Below, piece after piece: positions 49,945 to 60,663 of a DNA stretch of 64,000 nt; within the stretch, counting starts at the first letter, position 1, and each line of letters starts with the position of its first letter. The stretch spans positions 960,001 through 1,024,000 of the forward strand of contig CAVRJY010000001.1 in the NCBI GenBank assembly GCA_963721805.1, written 5' to 3'. The notes beneath the pieces were generated by a model. The model had not been told where the DNA came from and did not search any database. It saw nothing but the letters and a program-made list of their open reading frames with translations. This stretch comes from Nitrospirota bacterium. GTDB lineage: Bacteria; Nitrospirota; Thermodesulfovibrionia; Thermodesulfovibrionales; JdFR-86. The translations under genes were made by a program, and so were the position numbers.

Positions 49945-51255
49945 CTATGAGGATAAAGAGAAAAGAAAATCAATCATATTAAAATGATGTTTATTTATTG
50001 CAATAAGTTGTTCACCATGATGTGTGCCTATGGCTCTCCTGGTTTCAAGTGTAAACTCATGAAGTGCATGATATTTATCATTGCTCCATATCTCACCGAA
50101 CCCCACGCAACTCAATGAAGAAATGTCTTCCTTGCCTAGCTGTCGATTATTAGCATCTGAAATGCGTGGATTCCACGTAATATCTTTATGTGCTTTTTTC
50201 ATTTCATATGCATCAGGAAAAACTTCTCTGTAAATCAACAATTGAATTATCACATCCTTAATATATGGGCCTGTTTTTGCTGGTGTCGCGAGATAAATTA
50301 GATACCGCAAGACTATCGGCTTTATCTTTCTTGGGTTGGATATACCAAGAGTGAGGAAGTATTTTGCGAACCCTTCGATCTGCACCTTGTTATGAGTATA
50401 CCAATCTTCCTCTGAATACCTTTTGGCGATCTCAATGATAAATTCCATGTTTGCTTCATCGCAGACCGGGACATCAAATGACAGGTTGACAATCTTCCTT
50501 AAATACTCGCTTCCGCTTATAAGGTTTGTGCCATACCTTGCCTCAATTCCTTTCTCTAATACAAGCCTATCAACCCCGATAATGAAGATGCATCTATTGC
50601 CTTTTATTGAAATGAAATGCTTAATGTTCTCTATGAGCTTCACTACATTCTCAGGGAGGCACCTATCTAGGTCATCAATAAAAACAACAAGCGCTTTTTT
50701 CTTCCCTGCAATTTTTTCTACAACACTTGAAAAATCATGTTTTAGTTTTTCAATTTCACTTATCCATTTTTCATAATAATCAGACACATCTTTTTCGTAT
50801 TTGGTATAGTTTTCTTGAATATCTTTTAGATTCAACAGCCCAGCAGTTGAATGTTTCAGTAGGGCATCGCCACCTGCCAATAATACCCCTGTAGCAACCT
50901 TCCTCAATGAATCGAGGCTCTTATTTTGTTTCTTGCCAGTTGTTTTTGCCAGCCGGGATAAAAGAGGCAATAACAACGAAGCCTCATTTTCATATTCCCA
51001 TGCGTCAAACCAAAAAGTTTCAAATGATGCAGAGTTGTTCATTTGAGCTTGCAACATCTTCATGAAGGACGTTTTTCCGCTTCCCCACTCGCCATAGACA
51101 CCAAGTGTAAATGGTGGGGTAACTTGTTCTATAAGCGCGCAAAGCCGGATAACAGAATCCTTATGGTTCAAAAAATCATTCTTGAATGGATCGTCACTCG
51201 CAACTTCAACAGGGTTTTCAGGATCAAGCCGTAATTTCCACTTTGAGTCACTCAT
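49945..51255 (-). CDS. KAP-family P-loop NTPase (AT-rich cargo)
   Basis: GEWGSGKT, FDAWEY, VVFIDDLDRC, YLRKIV, NPR. Confidence 0.92.
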   Translation of the reverse strand: MSDSKWKLRLDPENPVEVASDDPFKNDFLNHKDSVIRLCALIEQVTPPFTLGVYGEWGSGKTSFMKMLQAQMNNSASFETFWFDAWEYENEASLLLPLLSRLAKTTGKKQNKSLDSLRKVATGVLLAGGDALLKHSTAGLLNLKDIQENYTKYEKDVSDYYEKWISEIEKLKHDFSSVVEKIAGKKKALVVFIDDLDRCLPENVVKLIENIKHFISIKGNRCIFIIGVDRLVLEKGIEARYGTNLISGSEYLRKIVNLSFDVPVCDEANMEFIIEIAKRYSEEDWYTHNKVQIEGFAKYFLTLGISNPRKIKPIVLRYLIYLATPAKTGPYIKDVIIQLLIYREVFPDAYEMKKAHKDITWNPRISDANNRQLGKEDISSLSCVGFGEIWSNDKYHALHEFTLETRRAIGTHHGEQLIAINKHHFNMIDFLFSLSS

Positions 51256-51823
51256 CAGTACACCTACTTTCTCGCCAAAGTATATTGCTGGTAGATATTT
51301 TAAGATAAAGTTCTCAGTTTGACAAGATGCCCGGATCCCATCCGTATACTAAGATGCTTCTTGCCCTCGTAAATCATTTTGGGGACTTGTTTCTGTTATC
51401 ACTAACTATAGTTAATCGAAAGTTAATAGAAAACGCACGGGGGACAATTTTCCCTATCAACTTCGGTTTATATATAAACCAAAGTTTGGCGGCCTTTGGT
51501 GTATAGTGAGTTAATGAGCATGATAGGATTATATTTGATGAGCGGGGCAGGCGGGGCAGGAGGGCTCCGCGCGTGTTCGGATAAATCGGCAAATACCTCG
51601 TTTTTTATCCGAACATCCGAACAAGGGGCGGAAAAACAAATGAGTATCTTCGCAGGGTTAGCCCCGGTTTTGACCCCAACATCCGAACGGAAAACGCAAA
51701 AACGCGCGCGCACGCGCGCGAAATGCATAACTATACGTATGACCGGCTCTCAAATCATGCCGTTGACCTTGGGGGGCGCGGGGGGCGGGGCCGACTGGCC
51801 CCCCTCCTTTTTCCCCACCCCCG

Positions 51824-51945
51824 AAAGCGCGAGAAATCGTCTTCAGACAAGGCAGGGCGAGAAGACCGCCCGATGGTGTACTTGGGCGTACATAGAGGGC
51901 GAGTCTTTGAAGCCCAACGCAGTATCAAGCGATTTGGCGCGCTTT
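51824..51945 (-). repeat. ~122-bp palindromic element, copy D (right end of island 2, inverted relative to C)
   Basis: Reverse complement AAAGCGCGCCAAAT...GTACGCCCAAGTACAC...GATTTCTCGCGCTTT; core GTACGCCCAAGTACAC identical to copy A. Confidence 0.85.
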
Positions 51946-51996
51946 CATACGTTAGCGCTGTTTGACAGTACCGCGTACGAATGGGAATAATGGAAC

Positions 51997-52941
51997 ATGC
52001 CACGCAGATATAATTCATTCGGTGCGAAGATGAAGTCCCTCTTCGGCGGCTCCGTCTTTAAGGTCAATATCGATGCCGGCTTCACCTGCCCGAATAGAGA
52101 CGGCACCAAAGGCTACACCGGCTGCATCTACTGCAACAACGACAGTTTCAGCCCCGGCGCTTGCTCGCCGAAGCTCTCGATCGCAGAGCAGGTGCAAAAC
52201 GGGATGGCCTATCTCGGACGGCGCTACGGGGCCACGAGGTTCATCGCGTACTTCCAGCCGTACACGAACACGTACGCGCCTGTGGACGAGCTTGAGCGGC
52301 TGTACCGCGAGGCGCTGGCGGTGCCCTCGGTCGTCGGCATCGCGATAGGCACGAGGCCGGACGCGGTCGACCCTGAGAAGCTCGAGATGATCGCGTCGCT
52401 GAAGCAAGAGGGCCGCTTCGTGCTCGTGGAATACGGGCTTCAGTCGGTCTATGAGAAATCACTTAGGTACATGAACCGGGGCCACGGGCTCGCGGAGTTT
52501 CAGGCAGCGGTGGACGCGACCGTGAGCCGGGGGATCGAGGCCGGGGCGCACCTGATAGTCGGGTTCCCGACCGAGACGCGGGCCGAGATGCTCGATATGG
52601 CAGAGGTGATATCGGCTACCGGGATCGGGTTTTTGAAGGTGCATCAGCTGCAGATAGTGCGCGGCACGCCGCTTGCGGACATATACGCCGAGAGCCCGTT
52701 TCAAGTTTTCGCGTACGAAGAATACGTTGAGTTCATCGCGGAGTTCCTCGAGAGGCTTGCGCCGGAGATCGTGATCCAGCGGCTGTTTGCTACAGCGCCG
52801 GATGATATACTGATAGCGCCGCTGTGGGGCCGCTCGCGCCACCAGATGCTCCGCGACATCGAGGCCAAGCTTGAGGCGCGCGAGACCCATCAGGGCAGGC
52901 TCTACAAGCCGCTTGGAAAAGTTACGGTAGGGGAGATATAA
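51997..52941 (+). CDS. Radical SAM protein, TIGR01212/YhcC family
   Basis: DAGFTCPNRDG..G..GCIYC, YFQ.YTNTY, GTRPD, EYGLQS. Confidence 0.92.
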   Translation: MPRRYNSFGAKMKSLFGGSVFKVNIDAGFTCPNRDGTKGYTGCIYCNNDSFSPGACSPKLSIAEQVQNGMAYLGRRYGATRFIAYFQPYTNTYAPVDELERLYREALAVPSVVGIAIGTRPDAVDPEKLEMIASLKQEGRFVLVEYGLQSVYEKSLRYMNRGHGLAEFQAAVDATVSRGIEAGAHLIVGFPTETRAEMLDMAEVISATGIGFLKVHQLQIVRGTPLADIYAESPFQVFAYEEYVEFIAEFLERLAPEIVIQRLFATAPDDILIAPLWGRSRHQMLRDIEAKLEARETHQGRLYKPLGKVTVGEI

Positions 52942-52947
52942 TCAGCA

Positions 52948-53181
52948 ATGGAGAAAGACGTAGAGAAGATCAGGCAGATCATCGACCGCGTGAAGGTGAA
53001 CTACACCAGGTTCGGGGGCGACGTCGAGTTGCTGCGCGTCGAGGGCGATGTCGTGAAGATCAGGCCCACCGGCTATTGCTATCGGTGACACTCCACTCGC
53101 ATTGGCCTGGTCGAGGCCATAGACGAAGCGGTGAAGGCGGAGTGCCCCTGGGTGAGGATGGTAGGGGTATCAACAGAGTAA
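52948..53181 (+). CDS. NifU/Nfu-like protein with in-frame UGA (CxxU), candidate selenoprotein
   Basis: GGDVELLRVEGDVVKIRPTGYCYR(TGA)HSTRIGLVEAI; TGA at 53086-53088; downstream hairpin. Confidence 0.75.
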
Positions 53182-53185
53182 GCTG

Positions 53186-54043
53186 CTAGTACGCGAGCAT
53201 CAGCGCGGCCGGGATGGATGTGATCGACGCCGGGCCGCGTCCGAGGTAGTCCCCGTCGATCTGCAGGCGTACGTCCGATTCGATCCCAACCTCGTGGCAC
53301 CTGATCTGGGTCAGCCCCTCCGCGCGCACGCGTGATCCGGTCACGAGCCCCCACGTCAGCCGGGCGATATCGCGGCGCGCCGGGCCGGTGATGAGCGTGG
53401 CGATGAACGAGGGTGAGGCGATGTCGGCCTCGGGCGCGAGCGTGAAGTCGCCGGCGTACTGGCGCGAGTTGCTGATGATCGCGGAGTAGCAGTCGCGGCG
53501 GACTCCGTCGAGGGTGATCGGCATCGGCTGCGGGTGCCAGAGGGCGAGGATGGCCGTCCCGCTGATGATATAGGCGGCCTTGCCGAGCGTTCGCTTGTAG
53601 CTGCCGCGCACGCCATGCACGACCTCGGCGTCATACCCCGCGCCCGCCATCAGGGCGAAGTACCGCGAGGCCCCCTGCAAGGTGATCCTGCCTAGCGCAA
53701 TCGGGCGGGGCGTCCGTGTGAGCGCGGCTTCGAGCGCTGAGGCGGTGTCCATCGGGAGCCCGGCCTCGTACGCGAGCACGTTTGCGGTGCCCATCGCGAC
53801 GATTCCGAGCGGCGTTGCGGAGCCTGCGAGCCCGTTGATGGCCTCGTTGATCGTGCCGTCCCCGCCGCAGGCGATCACGATGCGGCATCCGGCGTTCGCA
53901 GCCTCGCGGGCCATGCGCTCGGCGTCGCCCCGCCGGCCGGTGCTCAGGAGCGTGGCCCCGATGCGGGCCGCCGAGCTTTGGAGGGTGCGCATCCGTGAGG
54001 AGCCGGCCTCGGGATTCGCGATCAGCACTACGTTTGCTTGCAT
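53186..54043 (-). CDS. Diacylglycerol/lipid kinase family protein (YegS/DgkB-like)
   Basis: IANP.AG, GGDGTINE, GTANVLA, QIDGD. Confidence 0.9.
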   Translation of the reverse strand: MQANVVLIANPEAGSSRMRTLQSSAARIGATLLSTGRRGDAERMAREAANAGCRIVIACGGDGTINEAINGLAGSATPLGIVAMGTANVLAYEAGLPMDTASALEAALTRTPRPIALGRITLQGASRYFALMAGAGYDAEVVHGVRGSYKRTLGKAAYIISGTAILALWHPQPMPITLDGVRRDCYSAIISNSRQYAGDFTLAPEADIASPSFIATLITGPARRDIARLTWGLVTGSRVRAEGLTQIRCHEVGIESDVRLQIDGDYLGRGPASITSIPAALMLAY

Positions 54044-54140
54044 CCGCTTACTTTACATTACGTCAGGCGGCATTTCAACATTGAGCATGTTTGGTGCTAT
54101 AATATGCCTCCATTAATCCTGTGAAGAGAGGTGCCCTGAG

Positions 54141-55562
54141 ATGAAGCGCTTTTTCGTGATTATGATCATATGCGCGGCGGTTTCATTCGGCTGTTCAGCA
54201 TGGGCAGCCGATGCACCCGCCCCTGTTGCCAATACCCCCGCCGCACCGGTCGCCAACGCGCCAGCGCCGAGTGCCATGGCCCCTGTGGCAGCTGCCGAGG
54301 CGAAGCCTATCACGCTTTCCGAGGCTATCGACACCGCGATCAGGAACCACCCCAGCATCGCCATTGGCGACGAGAACGTGCTCGTGGCCGAAAGCAAGAT
54401 CGGCCAGGCGCGCGCCGGATATCTGCCGCACGTGGACGCCACCGCCAGCTACACCCGCTACGGTTTTCCGGACAGTGTCTCAAGCACCTCCTCCGGGGGC
54501 AGCTCTATTTCGAACAGCCCCTCTATCTCAAACGGCGTATCGGGTAGCAGAAACCCGGCCTTCAACAGCTATTCGGCTGACGTCACGCTCACCCAGACGA
54601 TCTTTGATTTCGGCCGCAACTATATGAATATTCAGATACAGAAGCTCGGGGCCGAGTCGTCCAGGCAGAGCCTCGCGGACACGGTCTCTCAGATCGTGCT
54701 CGGCGTAAAGCAGGCCTATATCAATGCCGAGCTCGCGCAGCGGCAGGAGGCCGTGGCGCGTGACGTGGTAGCTCAGATGGAGCAGCACCTCGCACAGGCC
54801 AGCAAGTTTTTCGAGGTCGGCCTCAAGCCGCGCTTTGACGTAACCACGGCCGAGGCTAACCTGAGTTCCGCCAAACTCGATCTGATAAAGGCGGAAAACG
54901 CCACGAGCTTCGCGATGGTCACTTTAAACGTGAACATGGGCACTGCGGAAGATACGGTCTATAATCTCGAAGACGTCCTGAAATATGACGGGGCCGAGAC
55001 CAGGATCCAGGACTCGCTCGATCTGGCATACGCCAACAGGGCTGACCTGCGATCCCTCGAGCTGCAGTATGATGCCGCAAAGCGCGCCGTGACCGCGGTC
55101 AAGCTGGACTTCCTGCCTACCATCAACGGCAGCGCCACCTACAGGAATTACGGCGCCGACACGCCGCTTAAGAACCACGAATGGATCGCTGGCGTCACGG
55201 CTACGATGAACATCCTGAGCGGCGGGCTCACCTGGTATCAGATAGATCAGGCCAAGGCCACGCGCGACGCGCTGCGCGAGAACGTCAGGCTCGTAAAGCA
55301 GCAGATTTACCTGGCGGTGCAGCAGGCGTGGCTCGGGGTCATGAACGCTGCCAAGGGCGTCCCCGCGGCCGAGCTCTCGCTCAAGGCCTCCAAGGAGAAC
55401 CTCGACATCGCTGTCGGCCGCTATGATGCCGGAGTGGGAAGCCCGGTCGAGGTTACGGATGCGCAGATAAGCTACAAGGACGCCCAGCTGGCGCTGCTGC
55501 AGACCCTGGCCGACTACAAGAATTCTCAGGCGAGTCTCTCTCGCGCCGTCGGGGGGAAATAG
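54141..55562 (+). CDS. TolC-family outer membrane efflux protein
   Basis: Signal peptide, OEP repeats (YLP.V, IFDFG, RYDAGVG); heads the RND operon. Confidence 0.88.
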   Translation: MKRFFVIMIICAAVSFGCSAWAADAPAPVANTPAAPVANAPAPSAMAPVAAAEAKPITLSEAIDTAIRNHPSIAIGDENVLVAESKIGQARAGYLPHVDATASYTRYGFPDSVSSTSSGGSSISNSPSISNGVSGSRNPAFNSYSADVTLTQTIFDFGRNYMNIQIQKLGAESSRQSLADTVSQIVLGVKQAYINAELAQRQEAVARDVVAQMEQHLAQASKFFEVGLKPRFDVTTAEANLSSAKLDLIKAENATSFAMVTLNVNMGTAEDTVYNLEDVLKYDGAETRIQDSLDLAYANRADLRSLELQYDAAKRAVTAVKLDFLPTINGSATYRNYGADTPLKNHEWIAGVTATMNILSGGLTWYQIDQAKATRDALRENVRLVKQQIYLAVQQAWLGVMNAAKGVPAAELSLKASKENLDIAVGRYDAGVGSPVEVTDAQISYKDAQLALLQTLADYKNSQASLSRAVGGK

Positions 55563-56735
55563 TTGCGATCTATAATTGTCGCTTCAATAGCAGCCTTGTT
55601 TATGACGTTTGCGGTAGCGGGATGCAAGGGCAAGCAGGAGATGAAGCCGCCGGAGCGCGTCGTCGCGATAATGGCGGCAAACGCCGTCACCCGCGATATG
55701 CCGCAAGAGCTTGACGCCATCGGACAGGTCGAGGCCTCGGCCACGGTCTCGGTGCGCCCTCTCATCGGGGGACTGGTGCAGAAGGTCCATTTCAGGGAGG
55801 GCCAGGACGTCCGCAAGGGCGACATGCTCGTGACCATCGACCCGCGTCCCAACGAGATCGCGGTGCAGCAGGCAGAGGCCGCGCTCGCGCGCGATATCGC
55901 CCAGCGCGACAAGGCCGCGACGGACGACCTGAGATACAAGACGCTGCTTGCAAACGGCTTCGTCTCGCAGTCGGACTACGACCAGGCCCACGTTACGCTC
56001 TCGACGCTCGATGCCGCGATCAAGGCCGATCAGGCCGCGATTAACCTCGCTAAGCTCAACCTCACATACTGTTACATCCATGCGCCCGAGAGCGGCCGCA
56101 CCGGCGCGCAGCTCGTCTACGAGGGCACGCTCCTGAAGGCGAGCGACGACCAGGCGGTCGTGGTCATCCAGTCCATCGAGCCGGTGTACGTCGATTTCGC
56201 GCTCCCGGAGCTTTATCTCGCGACGCTGCGCGACAGGTTCAAAGGCGGGGGCCTTACGGTCATGGCGATTTCGACCAACGGCTCTTTCAAGCCCATGGCG
56301 GGCAAGGTCACGTTCCTTGACAACACGGTGGACCGCCCAACGGGCACGATAAAGATGAAGGCCATGTTCCAAAACTCAGACCGCACGCTCTGGCCGGCGC
56401 AATTCGTGGACATATCGCTTACGCTCTCTACCATAAAGGATGCGGTCGCCGTACCTTCCGAGGCCGTGCAGACCGGCCAGAAGGGCGAATACGTCTTCGT
56501 CATAAAACCCACGGACATGACGGCCGAGATGAGGCAGATCAAGACCGGCCCCTCGAGCGGCGGGATGACCGCCATACTGAGCGGCGTGGCCTCCGGCGAG
56601 ACGGTCGTGACCGACGGACAGCTGCGGCTCACGCCCGGCGTCAAGGTAGCATTCAAAAACCCAAACGAGGCAAAGCCCGCCGCGCCCGCGGACACATACG
56701 GCGGGCAGCAGAAACTGGGCGGCCCGGCTAAGTGA
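55563..56735 (+). CDS. RND efflux membrane fusion protein (MdtA-like)
   Basis: Lipobox, FREGQDV.KGD, IHAP.SG, DNTVD..TGT. Confidence 0.9.
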   Translation: MRSIIVASIAALFMTFAVAGCKGKQEMKPPERVVAIMAANAVTRDMPQELDAIGQVEASATVSVRPLIGGLVQKVHFREGQDVRKGDMLVTIDPRPNEIAVQQAEAALARDIAQRDKAATDDLRYKTLLANGFVSQSDYDQAHVTLSTLDAAIKADQAAINLAKLNLTYCYIHAPESGRTGAQLVYEGTLLKASDDQAVVVIQSIEPVYVDFALPELYLATLRDRFKGGGLTVMAISTNGSFKPMAGKVTFLDNTVDRPTGTIKMKAMFQNSDRTLWPAQFVDISLTLSTIKDAVAVPSEAVQTGQKGEYVFVIKPTDMTAEMRQIKTGPSSGGMTAILSGVASGETVVTDGQLRLTPGVKVAFKNPNEAKPAAPADTYGGQQKLGGPAK

Positions 56736-59700
56736 GCATCCCAGAGCTTTTCATCCGTCGTCCGGTCATGACGACGCTCGTCATGGCCGCGATACTGATA
56801 TTCGGCATCGTGGCCTACCAGAAGCTCCCGGTCAGCGACCTGCCGAACGTCGACTTCCCGACCATACTGGTCTCGGCCACGCTGCCGGGCGCGAGCCCCG
56901 AGACGATGGCCTCGGCCGTGGCCACGCCGCTTGAGAAGCAGTTTTCGACCATAGCCGGCGTGGACTCGATGAGTTCCACCAACACGCTCGGCATAACAAG
57001 CATAACGCTGGTCTTCAAGCTGGAGCGTAATATCGACGCGGCGGCGCAAGACGTGCAGGCCATGATAGCGAAGGCCGCCAAGGACCTGCCGCCTACGATG
57101 ACTACCCCGCCTTCGTTTCAGAAGGTCAACCCCGCAGACCAGCCGATACTTTACGTTTCGCTCACCTCGCCCACGCTGCCCCTATATCAGGTCGACGAGT
57201 ACGTCGACACCCTGATCTCGCCCCGGATATCGACCCTGCCGGGCGTGGCCCAGGTGCAGATCTTCGGGGAGCAGAAGTACGCGGTGCGGGTGCAGGTGGA
57301 CCCCAACGCCCTGGCTACGCGGGGCATAGCCATGGGCGACGTAGTGGACGCGGTCGCCAACGCGAACGTGAACCTCCCGACCGGCGTGCTCTGGGGCTCC
57401 GACAAGGCCTTCGTCGTGCAGGCGACGGGGCAGCTCCCTAATGCGGCGGCCTTCAGAAATGTCATAGTCTCGTACCAAAACGGGATGCCGGTGAGGCTGG
57501 GCGATATAGGCACCGTGCTCGACACGGTCGAAAACAACAAGATCGCGGCCTGGCGCGAGGACACGCGCGCGGTAGTGCTCGCGATCCTCAAGCAGCCCGG
57601 CACCAATACGGTCGAGATCGTCGACTCGATCCGCAAGCTGCTGCCGCAGTTCGAGGAGAAGCTCCCGGCCTCGGTCAAGCTCGGCATACTGTACGACAGG
57701 TCGATCTCGATCAGGGCCTCGGTGCATGACGTGAAATTCACGCTGATCCTCAGCGTCTGCCTCGTCGTGCTCGTCATATTCATGTTCCTTAGAAACGTAT
57801 CGGCCACGCTCATCCCGGCCATGGCGCTGCCGATGGCCATCGTGGGCTCGTTCACGGCGATGTACCTGCTGGGGTTCAGCGTCGACAACTTCTCGCTGAT
57901 GGCGCTGACGCTCTCGGTCGGTTTCGTCGTGGACGACGCCATCGTGATGCTCGAGAACATCGTGCGCCACATGGAGCACGGAGAGCCGGTCATGGAGGCC
58001 TCGTTCAAGGGCTCGCGCGAGATCGGCTTCACGATCATGTCGATGACTCTCTCGCTCGTCGCGGTCTTCCTGCCGGTGCTGTTCATGGGAGGCGTCATCG
58101 GGCGGCTTCTCAACGAGTTTGCGATCACGATCAGCATGTCGATCCTCGTCTCCGGGTTCGTATCGCTGAGCCTCACGCCGATGCTCTGCAGCCGGTTCCT
58201 GAAGGCCCATGTGGCAAACGAGAAGCACGGTGTCATATATAATGTGCTCGAGCGCGGGTTTCAGGCCCTGGTGCACGCCTACGAGTCGACCCTGAGGCTC
58301 GCGATGAAGCACCGCCTAATCGTGCTCATCGTATCGCTCGTGATGCTGGTGGTAACGGTTTATCTCTTCGAGGTCATGCCCAAGGGCTTCCTGCCCAACG
58401 AGGACACCGGCCAGATATTCGCGGTGACCGAGGCCCAGCAGGGCATCTCGTTCGACGCGATGGTGACGCACCAGAAGGCGCTTGCCAATATAGTCATGGC
58501 GGACCCGAACGTCGTGACCTTCATGTCCGCGGTCGGGCCGGCGGGCCTAGTTCCTCCAACAACCAGGGCAGGATGTTCTTGCTGCTTAAGCCGCCGAAGG
58601 AGCGCAAGATCACCGCGGACCAGATCATACAGGAACTCAGGCCGAAGCTCGCGCAGGTCCCGGGCATATCGGCATACATGCAGGTGCTGCCGCCGATACG
58701 CCTCGGGGGCATGCTCACCCAGAGCCAGTACCAGTATACGATACAGGGCTCGGATACAGACGAGCTGTACAAGGCCTCCGACGCGATGCTTGAAAAGCTC
58801 AGGGGGATCCCGATGCTTCAGGACGTCGCGACGGACCTCCAGATCAAGAACCCGCAGGTGACGGTGCACATCAACAGAGACCGCGCCTCGTCGCTGGGCA
58901 TATCGGCAGGGGCCATCGAGGAGACGCTATACAGCGCGTACGGCACGCGGCTGGCCTCTACGATCTACGCCCCGCAAAACGAGTACAGCGTGTTCGTGGA
59001 GGTCCTGCCCCAGTACCAGATGGATCCCGCAGTGCTCTCCAACCTGTACGTGCGTTCCTCATCCGGCGGGCTCGTGCCGCTGGGGACGCTCGCGGAACTC
59101 AAAAACGAGATAGGCCCGGCGTCCGTGCACCACCTGGGGCAGCTCCCGGCCGTCACGCTCTCGTTTAACATCAAGGAGGGCACGGCCCTGAGCCAGGCCG
59201 TGACCGCGGTCGAGGCCGCTGCGCGCTCGACGCTGCCCGCTACGGTGACCGGCAGCTTCCAGGGCACGGCGCAGGCGTTTCAGGGCTCGCAGCAGGGCCT
59301 GCTCCTGCTGCTGATAATGGCGATCTTCGTCATATACCTCGTGCTCGGCATCCTGTATGAGAGCTTCGTGCACCCGGTCACGATTCTCTCGGGCCTGCCC
59401 TCGGCCGGGTTCGGCGCGCTCGTCACGCTGATGCTCTTCGGCCGCGACCTGAACCTTTACGGCTTCGTGGGCGTGATACTGCTGGTCGGCATCGTGAAAA
59501 AGAACTCGATCATGATGATCGACTTCGCCATAGAGGTCCAGCGCCACGAGGGCCTGAGCGCCATGGAGTCCATCGTCAAGGGCTGCCTCATCAGGTTCAG
59601 GCCTATCATGATGACCACGATGGCCGCGTTCGCGGGCACGATGCCGATCGCGCTCGGGGTCGGCTCCGGCGGCACATCAAGGCAGACGCTCGGCCTCGCG

Positions 59701-59823
59701 GTCGTGGGCGGGCTGATGTTCTCGCAATTGCTGACGCTCTTCGTGACGCCTGTCGTCTATACCTATCTCGACGCCTTCAGGGTATGGGTCTCCGGAAGCA
59801 AGGCGGAGGCGACTAAAGGGTAG
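56732..59823 (+). CDS. RND efflux permease (MdtB/MdtC-like); apparent frameshift near 58550
   Basis: FIRRPV, VATPLE, GFVVDDAIV.LEN, GIVKKN.IM, RFRPIMMTT over two frames. Confidence 0.9.
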
Positions 59824-59832
59824 GGCTGCCGC

Positions 59833-60663
59833 CTATCTCGCGGCTATAGCGTCAAGCAGGGCCCGGCGCATAACGTCTACCGGGGCCTTCGTGCCGGTCC
59901 ACAGCTCAAACGCGAGCGCGCCCTGCCACAGCAGCATCCCCGTGCCGTCGAAGGTCTTAAGCCCCATCTTAGAGGCAGCCTCAAGCAGTGGGGTCTGCTT
60001 GTAAATCAAGTCGCCTACGACCTGCCCGGGCCTGAGCAGCGCGGGGTCCAGCGGAAGCTCGTCGCCCGGCCTGAGCCCGAGCGAGGTCGCATTGAGTATC
60101 AAGTCGAATCCCGAGAGGTCGTCGAGGGTTTCCATGTATGAGGCCACCTGCCTCACCGAGTTCAGCTCGTCGGCGAGCCGGGCGGACTTCTCCTCGGTGC
60201 GGTTATAGATCTCAAGCGATCCCGCCTTGCGCACAAGCTTATAGCCTATGCCGCGAGCCGCGCCACCTGCGCCCACGATCAGGACGCGCTTGTCCGCTAC
60301 GTCGATGTCGAGTTCCGCCAGGCTACGCATGAAGCCGTCACCGTCGGTGTTGAAGCCGTGCAGGCGTCCCTTGCGGTTTACTATCGTGTTTACCGCGCCG
60401 ATCTCGTTTGCGGTCGAGTCGATATTTTCAAGGTGCTCCATGACCGCCTGCTTGTGAGGGACGGTCACGTTGCAGCCCGCGAGGCCGAGCGCCCTGATGC
60501 CCTCCATGGCCTCGTTCATGGCCGCCGGCTCTACGTCGAACGTCACGTAGCAGAAGTCCTGCCCTGAGGCTCCAAACGCCGCGTTCTGCATCGCGGGCGA
60601 GAGGCTGTGTCCTACCGGATGGCCCAGAAGTGCGATCACCTTTGTGCTGCCGCTGATATTCAT
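59833..60663 (-). CDS. aroE: Shikimate dehydrogenase
   Basis: G.PVGHSLSP, NVTVPHK, GAVNT, NTDG.G, GAGGAA, MLLWQG. Confidence 0.95.
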   Translation of the reverse strand: MNISGSTKVIALLGHPVGHSLSPAMQNAAFGASGQDFCYVTFDVEPAAMNEAMEGIRALGLAGCNVTVPHKQAVMEHLENIDSTANEIGAVNTIVNRKGRLHGFNTDGDGFMRSLAELDIDVADKRVLIVGAGGAARGIGYKLVRKAGSLEIYNRTEEKSARLADELNSVRQVASYMETLDDLSGFDLILNATSLGLRPGDELPLDPALLRPGQVVGDLIYKQTPLLEAASKMGLKTFDGTGMLLWQGALAFELWTGTKAPVDVMRRALLDAIAAR

